DNA from: Azolla caroliniana
Lineage: Eukaryota > Plantae > Polypodiophyta
NCBI GenBank assembly: GCA_043228905.1
Contig: JBHGNT010001181.1
Span: 1 to 11,202, forward strand
Length of the DNA: 11,202 nucleotides
Direction: 5' to 3'
The position numbers and the translations under genes are program-made. Positions 1 through 8,133 of this stretch are shown here, one piece after another. Numbering within the stretch: the stretch's first letter is position 1; every line of letters starts with the position of its first letter. Under the pieces are notes generated by a model. It made no database searches. It worked only from the letters and a program-made list of their open reading frames with translations, and was not told the origin of the DNA.

Positions 1-154
1 AAATTGTGTTTTTGGCAAAAAATAAATTCCAAACAACATATTCTTCCATTAGTTTTAAAAAGGCATACCAGCTACAAAATACAAAATAGATGGAAAGGAA
101 GCGACAATTCTTCCCAAGACCGATTTGTGTAAGACAATGGTTAGCCATGGATCC

Positions 155-430
155 TTCGTTTGATAGAATTGATTGAGCACTTCCTCAAATTTCCCATTCT
201 CACCATATCCTGCAATCAATGCATTCCAAGAGACATGTTCTTGGACGGAAAGCCTGTTAAATACTACATGTGCCTCATCAAGTGACCCACATTTAGCATA
301 CATATGTACTAATGTATTGCCAATGAAGTACTCTCTTTCAACATCTTTTTGTACAATGTCCTTCCAAATTTCATTGCCAGCTAATGTAGCTCTAATGCTA
401 CCACATGCTTTCAGGTAGCAAACAAGTTCC
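155..430 (-). pseudogene. PLS-class pentatricopeptide repeat (PPR) gene fragment, about 2.5 motifs
   Basis: Within ORF 55..486(-): VCYLKACGSIRATLAGNEIWKDIVQKDVEREYFIGNTLVHMYAKCGSLDEAHVVFNRLSVQEHVSWNALIAGYGENGKFEEVL matches L, S and P motif consensus (LKACG; GNxLVxMYAKCGSLxxAxxVFxxLxxxxxVSWNALIAGY). Flanking residues on both sides are not PPR-like, so this is an isolated fragment. Boundaries approximate. Confidence 0.85.
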
Positions 431-2129
431 ATGTTTTTGAAAATAATTGGCGTGTAGCCTTCGGCATTGTTGTTAGACACATACACATTCTAGTTAGGAT
501 GTGTTATTTTTCTTTGGAATTGGAGGTGGATGTCATGTTCAAATTTCCTACATGTGTAGTAGCGAAAGTCGTTTAGGTTATTATATTGCATCTTTAGGAA
601 TATTCAAGGATACTAGTGGATATTTAACATTAATTGACGCGACATGGAAAAACAGACTAAATTATAAAGCGAATATTGTATTCATATTATAAACAAGAGA
701 CAAGATAATCCTTCAAAAAGAAGAGAAACAAAAAATCCATAAAAACATTCGAATACATGCATAATACGATGAAATAAAAAAATCCTAATTTACTAAGAGA
801 ATTGATTTCACCACTACATGCCATGCTTGTTCGCCCTCCCTTTCAACAAACCTAAACAAAAAGCCTATGTTATAAGGGTATGTAAATGATAATAGACAAT
901 TTGTTCATAAGGATTGAAAATGAAGAAATGGAGTTCTCATTTTTCAATAATTAGGTTACCACCATCCTATTGTCGAGCATTGTGACAGAAAGGGGGTGTT
1001 GGGATATTTGCGATTGAGGACATGTTTCAAAATTATTGACTTGAATCATTAAAATTCTAAATGGCGTAGACTTAATGAAGTAGAGGCTATGATATCTTCC
1101 ATTTCTAATACCCCATTTGTTCACTTGAAGGGAAAGGCTAGACATAGGCATCTTAAAGCTACTTTGAGAGAGAGACAAAGAGATAAATGACCGTGAACAA
1201 GGTGAGTAGGTAAATATAAATGACAAGAGCAAGTATAACATAGGACTATAAGAGAGAAGAAGAGTTACTAATGCAGAAAAATTCGGAAGTGTAGAATATT
1301 ATCCATGTCCGCAAAGATAACAACGCAAGCAATAAGTAGAAAGGAAAGCTGTTTTAAGATTCTGACTTTACTTTTTGGTTTGAATTATATCATTGTTAAA
1401 ACTAGTTTGCTTTTTTATGTCTTCAATAACAAGGTGGCCAAATATGCTTTTTGCTAAAGCTGATATTGATAAACAAAGAAAAATGTGCACCTCTAACAAA
1501 GTAAGGCAATACATGTGAAGAAATCTATGATCAACAAGCATATAGAAATGAAATGAACTAAAATCCCCTGAACACAAAGCTTGCACATTAACTCTAATTA
1601 TGTAGCACATACAGGTTCAGATACTACCTACACACTATTTTATTTGACACAAGATTATGTCACAAACAACTTTAACATCAAACCAAATGGTACAAGAACA
1701 TCACTCTCTGAAAACAATATTGACCCTCACACATGTAACACTTGTTCAAACAAGCAGCAAGGCCACTTAACTAAATTAAGCTGAAATTTATGTAAGGCTG
1801 TGTACATGATCAATCCCCAAAAGGCTCAAATAATGTTATACGATTAATTATTATAATTTATTGTTATACATACAATGAAGGTCAAGAATTAGATACTGAA
1901 TATATGAAATGGTTTAACTAACCTTTCCAAAAGGCATAAAGGGCATAAAGATATGTACATTTCCATGACCAATTAATTAATCAATTTATGTGTGTGTGTA
2001 TATAATATAGTACAATGAGGTAAATGATTATGTTATAAAACCCCTTCAAATCCACACAAAAGGGTACCTATACACACCCATGACTTAAGTGTGTCAAAAA
2101 AAATGAAACCAGAAAAAGAGGAGACCAGA

Positions 2130-2321
2130 CTATCTGGTGGCCAAGAGCCAGAATGCCAGTAAAAATGAAGGGGCGCCCATGGTCCAGCTCAGGAAAGCCA
2201 TGGCTGCAGCTGCCTCATATTTCCCACAGTAATTACCTCTGCATTGATCCAAATCATTATCGATGAGCACTGTTATCCCCGCCGTTGCGCATGCACCCGC
2301 AAAAGTTATTGTTGATATGAT
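2130..2321 (-). CDS. CASPL5A: CASP-like protein 5A, coding exon 3 (last)
   Basis: Acceptor tgtgactag|ATC at 2322/2321. Translates [63 protein letters not shown], with TAG at 2132-2130. Typical CASPL5 C-terminal half: Cys pair in the second extracellular loop, AMAFLSW motif. Confidence 0.95.
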   Translation of the reverse strand: MISTITFAGACATAGITVLIDNDLDQCRGNYCGKYEAAAAMAFLSWTMGAPSFLLAFWLLATR

Positions 2322-2400
2322 CTAGTCACAAAAACAATATATGTATACCTTGCCTAAATAATAAATAAATAACAAATAATGCCACAAAAGTTTCTTTTAC

Positions 2401-2533
2401 CCCATCACCCATTACAAAAATGCTGACCAAACACGAATTATGTAGACATCTCTTCACTAACAAGGCATAGATATCAATAGCTGCAGCCATCAAGCTCCAA
2501 ATAGATTGCAATGCACTCACGGCAATAAGGTAG
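2401..2533 (-). CDS. CASPL5A: CASP-like protein 5A, coding exon 2
   Basis: Acceptor tttgcag|C at 2534/2533 completes the split codon AG+C (Ser). Translates YLIAVSALQSIWSLMAAAIDIYALLVKRCLHNSCLVSIFVMGDG. Donor GGG|gtaaaa at 2401/2400. Intron 2 is 79 nt, phase 0. Confidence 0.95.
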
Positions 2534-2684
2534 CTGCAAATCACATTTGCTTTTATTTTTGAACATTGACAAAAACATGCCAAACATCAAATTTCACTAC
2601 TTGCACTAGTTTACTAGATGACATTGTAAAATATTTGGATTTGAACACATAACCTTCTCCACTCAATTGAAGAACTTTACCATC

Positions 2685-2688
<4 letters not shown>

Positions 2689-2735
<47 letters not shown>
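2689..2735. repeat. (CT)23 microsatellite, 5' flank and probable target of the LINE
   Basis: Perfect CT dinucleotide run of 47 nt, directly abutting the LINE 5' junction. Confidence 0.97.
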
Positions 2736-2742
<7 letters not shown>

Positions 2743-4480
2743 AGTTGATGAGATCACGGAATTTATTGCTCGTAAGGGAGGCAAGGGAGTAGCTATTGGG
2801 GATACGCAAGTTAGCCTCTTACTTTACATAGACGACATTGTCTTGTTCTCAGAGTCAGAACACGACCTACAAAAGCATCTTAATGCCCTAGATGACTTTT
2901 GTACACAACAAGGACTGGTAATGAATCTATCGAAAACTAAAGTCCTTATCTTTCATTCATTGTCCATAGTTAGGAGTAAATGTCACCTAACCCTCTCTCA
3001 TAAACTAGTTGAGGTAGTTGGATCATATGTATACTTGGGAGTCACTTTTAGTGCTCGCTCAAGTAAATTCTCGATGACCCAGGCAGCCAAAGATAGGCTA
3101 ATGAGAGGGTATGGATCCCTCTCACTCTTAGAGAGAATGCCACCAGGCATACTTTCAAGAGCCACGAACCAAGGGATGGCTCTTCGACTCATTAGTGACC
3201 CCTTCCCTCATGTATGCATCAGTATTATGGGCTCCGGATCTACCATCTTTCATGTGGACGCAATTAGAGAGACCTTTGGTGACGATGTTATCACGTCAAC
3301 TCCGAAGCAAATCGGTAGTACCACATCACATTATAAGAGCAGAGTTCAATCTACCCCTGATGTTAGTAGAATCACTCTAAGTTAGGTTTTATTACACGAC
3401 CAAGATATCTAGATACATTCTTATCAAATGCACTAAGGGCATAGATATTAATAACCTACCCCCCCTTAAGTACAACCATGGGACTGATCAAACTCTCTCT
3501 CATGAAGAAATATGGCAAATTTACACTTGATATAAATGGATCACCCCACGAGAGCCACTCCCATCTAAAATGTTGTACTATAAGGAACATTTCTTGCACT
3601 TCTCTAAGTTAGGTTTTATTACACGACCAAGATATCTAGATACATTCTTATCAAATGCACTAAGGGTGGCCATTGGACAACTTAGGATATCATCTCACCA
3701 ACTTGAGATTGAGAATGATCGAGCTAATAGAGTCCCTAAAGAGGAAAGGCTATGTAGGTTATGCCACATAGAGATAGAGGATGAGCATCACTTCACATGC
3801 AAGTGCCCAACTTATGCCGAGATATGGGCAGAATACCAAGACATATTAGGACCCTCTCCTACCCTCTCCAAACTATTAGATACCCCGAGTGTAAAGAGAC
3901 TAGGTAGGTATATTTTAGAGCTAAAACAACATAGGGAGAATAAATTACAAAGTGTTAACCATAACCCTTTTACTATTCATCAACATGTAACTAGTGTAAA
4001 TTTTTAGGAACAAGGGGAGACGATGTATGTAGATACACTTATGCCGCTCAGCCTCTCTCTTGAGGAAGTAGAAATGCAAAGAACAACTAAACACACTCGG
4101 ATGTTGGGCTCTAAAACAAGTCGGCATGGAATAGAAAAGATAAGGGAACGTGAGCTACGTCGACTAGAAGCTATGGTTGGGGTACCTTTTACATTGACAT
4201 CACAGGCCACATCCACATCGCAACCCTTTGACCTCCTACTTCTCTTCGAGAGACTTGGATGGAAATGAAATTAGGCCTAGTATAACATTTTCATTGTAGA
4301 ACATGATTTTTATATAGAACATGTTTATTATTTTACTAGAACTATTTAGCTTAAACTCTATTTTGTCTTATTTTTATTTATTTTTTACTCTCGATGAATG
4401 GGTAAATATCCCATTTTTTGTTGTAAACCATTTGTCTCATGGCCAATTTTGGCCTTAGAAGACGTTAATATATCTTTCTT

Positions 4481-4504
<24 letters not shown>
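2736..4504 (+). mobile_element. 5'-truncated non-LTR retrotransposon (LINE, RTE-X-like) in CASPL intron 1, antisense to the gene
   Basis: C-terminal RT motifs (LLLYIDDIVLF, GLVMNLSKTKVLIF, YVYLGVTF) and a CX2CX8HX4C finger preceded by LRISSHQLEIE. A T-rich 3' UTR (4269-4470) with hairpins is followed by a TCTT/(TC)n tail. Clade assignment is from recalled motif similarity only. Confidence 0.9.
2744..4268 (+). pseudogene. Disrupted LINE reverse transcriptase ORF (3' part)
   Basis: YIDD at 2825-2836. Frameshift near 3136 (LER / CHQAYFQEPRTKGWLFDSLVTPSLMYASVLW). Templated patch at 3375-3439. In-frame TGA at 3528-3530 and TAG at 4005-4007. Zn finger at 3753-3806. The frame ends at TGA 4266-4268. 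Joins ORF-track pieces 2843, 3195, 3570 and 4023. Confidence 0.88.

Positions 4505-4521
<17 letters not shown>
4481..4521. repeat. Compound microsatellite (TC)12(AC)8
   Basis: Directly visible. Forms the LINE 3' tail and downstream target flank. Confidence 0.96.
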
Positions 4522-5502
4522 ATGCACACTTTCAATTACAACATTTTATCACCAAAATTCATGAGCCTTAAGCATCACTACTCAATTGCACACATATTCT
4601 GTGACAATCTTACATTTTTGGACCCATAGGGTATAGTTGATGTCCAAGGACCATAAATCCCTCTCTCATCAGCTACACATATTTTGTGCCAAACAAGTTA
4701 GTGAGTATGAATATCATACTCTATTACAGCACTCAACCTTTGCCCAGCTTTGATCTTGCTTTACCACATTGTAGTTCTGACCTATCCCTACATGCATTTC
4801 TCCCTCGGTCACAAGAAGCACTCCCAATTAGAATGTTCATTAGTAAAATTGTTCAACAGGCATAGTCACTAACAAAACCCATACAAGCTACATGAACATG
4901 GTTTGCTTTGGATCCATAAGTCATACTTGACCTCTGAGGACTATATAAATAGATATAAGTCTATAACCATCCTCGCAAGCTTAAGAGTTTTATACTATAT
5001 TGTTAATTAAATTGTCTTTGGTGCAGATATCCCCCAGTTGAATGCAAGGAGTCAATACTATTCATGGATCGATATTCTTCAATACAAATGCACAATACAA
5101 ATCTGTTGAGAAATATCTTCGATGGATTTCTCTTATCCAGATTTCCAAAACAAAGAGAAGCAACAAGTTACTTCTTAATGCATTCAAACAAATTTGTTTG
5201 CATCCCATACTAATTTTTGTCTTATGTGGAAAAATTAAGAAGAATCGCATTGTTTCATATCTACACGCTGCTTAAATTGTTGAGTTGTTTTAACATGTAC
5301 ACTCTCCGAGAGAGAGAGAGTTCTATCGTCCAAGAGAATGGAAAATAAAACATCTCTTAAACAACGAAGATTTTCCCCATATGAACAGATTACAAATTTG
5401 CAACTGATTTTGTGACCTGAATATGTCATTGGAAGGGGGGAATACATGGGAAATGTTTTTAGAAAATTGTTGAAAAACATTAACTTCGATTATAAATTAT
5501 GG

Positions 5503-5730
5503 ATATATATATATATATATAATAAAAGTGCACATACATACTAACAAACATAAATATAAATGTGGCTATACATACACACAAATAGTAAAAGACGTGAACT
5601 ATATACATTTACATACGTACATATACATAGCACACATGCAGCACGTAGAAATACACACACACACACACATATATATATACTGACTTATACAGATACACCC
5701 ATCCACCGCATCCACATACACATATATAGC
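5503..5730. repeat. Low-complexity (AT)n/(CA)n/CATA region in intron 1
   Basis: (AT)n at about 5503-5521, (CA)n(TA)n at about 5654-5679, and scattered CATA units. Explains spurious ORFs 5560(+) and 5599(-). Confidence 0.85.
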
Positions 5731-5795
5731 CAGTGGCATATGGAAACACTTTAAGGAAAGGAAAAACACAAGGCAGTGCAAAAGAGAAGACTAAC

Positions 5796-6001
5796 CTGAA
5801 AGCAGTGACTTGTCCAAAGTCAGGGGTGGAGATCATGATACTGAAAGCAAGAACAGCAAATCCTAACTGTCCAAGACGAAGGGAGAGACCCCCCAGGGTT
5901 CCAGGCATACCCTGATAATCCTTCATCCTTACCCTTGCAGGGGGTTGTAACAGCGCAGGGGGAGCTGCCACGGGATGAACAGCTGTGTGGCTTACTTCCA
6001 T
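5796..6001 (-). CDS. CASPL5A: CASP-like protein 5A, coding exon 1 (spliced protein 176 aa, four-TM CASP/MARVEL-like family)
   Basis: ATG at 6001. MEVSHTAVHPVAAPPALLQPPARVRMKDYQGMPGTLGGLSLRLGQLGFAVLAFSIMISTPDFGQVTAF contains the CASPL5A signatures AVHPV and RVRMKDxQGMPGTxGGLxLRLGQ. Donor AG|gttag at 5796/5795, phase 2, compatible with exon 2. Intron 1 is 5795-2534 (3262 nt). Confidence 0.95.
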
Positions 6002-6013
6002 GGTGAGAAAACC

Positions 6014-6167
6014 CTGAATGAAAAGAAAGACACAATTTCCTTCACCTTTCTGTAATACATTAATACAGCTTTAGGTCGTTTGCAAATGCGCACGCGCGCA
6101 CGCAAAAACCCTAAATAGTTGATTCAGAACACAGTTTCTGTGCGAGTGCGTGCGGGTATGTATGTAC
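6014..6167 (-). other. Putative 5' UTR intron of CASPL5A
   Basis: Strong pyrimidine-rich acceptor gtgtctttcttttcattcag| ending at 6014, 12 nt before the ATG. The donor is uncertain (GAC|gtacat at 6167). The interval contains a telo-box-like AAACCCTAA at 6106-6114. Confidence 0.45.
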
Positions 6168-6225
6168 GTCGATCGACTAAAATCCGAGGTTTTTAGGTTT
6201 CTGTTGGATATGGCGATTTTGTGCA

Positions 6226-6246
6226 GACAGACAGACAGACAGACAG
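6226..6246. repeat. (ACAG)n / (CTGT)n tetranucleotide repeat in the presumed 5' leader
   Basis: About 5 tandem GACA units visible. Confidence 0.85.
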
Positions 6247-7037
6247 AGAAGCAGCGCTCTGTTTTGTTTTTCCCTCTGCTTTTCGTCGTAAGAGGAAAAT
6301 CTCTGAGCGAAGATTAGAAGAAGAAATGCTCCTTGTGTTTGAAGAATTACGAAAATAGCCTCCGCTTTCCCTTCTTTTTGTTTTTTGTTCCATATGTATT
6401 GAAAAAAAAAACCATTTTGCTTGTTGGCCAATTCTATATAGAAGTATTCATATGTTACATAGAACCCACCCCAAACATCTAAGTTAGTTTTTATTGCTTT
6501 TTCTTCTTCTTCTTCTTGACTAGTTTCTACTACCGACCCTATTGCCAAGATTCCATTTCCTTGGAATCCCTGATATATATTGATACTTTCATTTTTTGCC
6601 GAATGATGGTCTATATACAATGGTCTACATACTTGTAGCAGATTTTGGGAAACAAGGCCTCCTTTTTGGCGAAATGATGTTGCAACCTCAAGTCTCAGTT
6701 TGAAGCGATTGGAGTGGCAAAATCTTCTACAAGTACGTGGACCATCGTGTGAAATTTGGATGGCTAGACTTACAACTTCTACATGTATGCGGACAATCAT
6801 ATGGATGGTTAGACTTACCAATCTCGACCCTTACAATGGTTGATGTCATAGTATCAAAACTACTACTAGAAAAGACAACTAATAGATTGCATACATAACT
6901 AACCCTTTTAGGTTTTATTCAAAAAGGATCATATTTTATATATTCACATTCATGCCCCAAAATGCTCTTCGCCCTTAGAATATCTTCAAATTCCCCATGC
7001 TTATTACAAAAACTCCATGATACCAGTCTATGGTATC

Positions 7038-7679
7038 TAGGGATCGGCAACGGTTCGGCTCAAGCCTAAACCGTGTAGCTAAACAAGTTTTTAATGACTT
7101 TGAGGCTCAGCTTAGCTCGGTTTAGGCTTGAGCCTACCTAAACGGTTTGAGCTCAGTTTGGCTCAGCTTGAGCCTTGCCAAACCAGCTCAAACTGTTTTA
7201 GCCATTTAATAATTAGGGTTTAGAGAGCTAGAAATTAGACAGTGAGAAGTTTGAAGTTAGAATTTGCAAAAGGATTAGATCATCGAGAGTGAGAGATCGT
7301 CATAGCCTCGGGCCTTGTGGTTCAAGTGGTGGGAGGCAAGGGATTCGTGGATGTCAACCGACCAATTGTAGTAGTCTATGAAGAGGGAGTTGTGGAGGCG
7401 AGACTTGGAGTTGAATTCAGACTCATCATGGTAAGGCCAAGGGGGTGGGAGATACAAGGAGGAGAAAAGAGTAGGAGGAAGTGGGAGTGGTAGTGGTAGT
7501 GGTGTTTTTGGGGTTTCTTCACACCCCTAATTTAAGCTTTTTTGTCCCAAATCGGTTTAGGGATCGGTTTGGCTTGGTTTGGTTCAGGTTTGAGAACCCC
7601 AAAACGGTTTAGGCTTAATCGGTTTGGATTGGATAAGGCCAATTTGGTTTAGCCTAAACCAAACCATTGTCGATTCCTA
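7038..7679. mobile_element. Non-autonomous hAT-superfamily DNA transposon (MITE), 642 bp
   Basis: Perfect 8-bp TSD ATGGTATC at 7030-7037 and 7680-7687. Imperfect TIRs: TAGGGATCGGCAACGGTTCGG versus the right-end reverse complement TAGGAATCGACAATGGTTTGG. Dense subterminal GGTTT/AAACC/GCTCA repeats at both ends. An 8-bp TSD and TAGGGAT termini are hAT (Ac/Ds-like) hallmarks. Confidence 0.92.
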
Positions 7680-7861
7680 ATGGTATCATGGTTCTTATAG
7701 TTTTTTGTGAATCCGCATGTAAAGGTTCTTTAACAGGCATAAACACGAAAAATCGTGTTGGTGGTTATTTCCCCATTCTTCCTTTCTATTTATTATGTTT
7801 CCATCCAACAAGAGTTGAACACATGAATTCACTAACTAAAACAAGGGTGAAACTAATATCA

Positions 7862-8133
7862 TGAAAAGGAAATTGTTGGAGAATTATGGTTTCTTGCCAC
7901 TGCTTTGGTTCATATGTATGTTACCTGTGGTATGCTTGAGAAAGCAAGAAAAGTACTAGAATACCTTCATCTTCGATATGTGTTTGCTTGATCAGCCCTT
8001 ATTGTTGGCTATGCTCAACAAATTTGCTCTGATCAGAGTACAAGGGAATTGGTTGGTATATTTGTTTATCCAACACGACTTTTGTATTTCTTATGGTTTC
8101 ATAATACCAAGGCGTGTCTTTTTAGGGGAAAAA
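7862..8133 (+). pseudogene. PPR gene fragment inserted between 24-bp direct repeats (retrocopy-like)
   Basis: 7890-8021 translates FLATALVHMYVTCGMLEKARKVLEYLHLRYVFA*SALIVGYAQQ (S motif then start of a P motif; the conserved Trp is TGA at 7989-7991). It is preceded by MKRKLLENY via a frameshift. Flanked by AAAACAAGGGTGAAACTAATATCA at 7838-7861 and 8134-8157. Confidence 0.8.

Noticed and set aside
900-1250. Coding-like plus-strand stretch (HPIVEHCDRKGVLGYLRL...RRLNEVEAMISSISNTPF) and ORF 951..1241(-)
   Set aside because: Interrupted by stops, and no family could be recognised. Possibly TE debris but unsupported.
1781-2067. Possible 3' UTR intron of CASPL5A (AG|gtaccc at 2067, tttcag| at 1781)
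   Set aside because: Splice-like motifs alone are insufficient without transcript data.
2998-4216. Minus-strand ORFs 2998..3192, 3945..4127 and 4004..4216
   Set aside because: Antisense shadows of the LINE coding sequence.
4703-4721. 8-bp hairpin GAGTATGA-ATA-TCATACTC in intron 1
   Set aside because: Too short for a miRNA precursor or MITE, and plausible by chance in AT-rich DNA.
5042-5480. Short intronic ORFs (62-81 aa) on both strands
   Set aside because: No motifs, splice support or homology recognised.
5609-5795. C-terminal part of the 130-aa ORF (RLVFSFALPCV...YVYVRM)
   Set aside because: Read-through into intron 1 past the GT donor. Low-complexity CA/TA translation.
6519-6570. Helitron-like 3' end on the minus strand (GATTCCA/TGGAATC hairpin followed by CTAG-T)
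   Set aside because: The hairpin is not GC-rich and lies about 25 nt from CTAG, longer than typical, and no 5' end could be defined.
6757-6818. Two copies of TGGATGGyTAGACTTAC, 45 bp apart
   Set aside because: Only two short units in a eukaryotic context. Not a CRISPR array, and no further structure is supported.
6177-6821. 214-aa minus-strand ORF upstream of CASPL5A
   Set aside because: Non-ATG start, runs through TTC and GACA microsatellites and the presumed promoter, and has no recognisable domain. Likely spurious.
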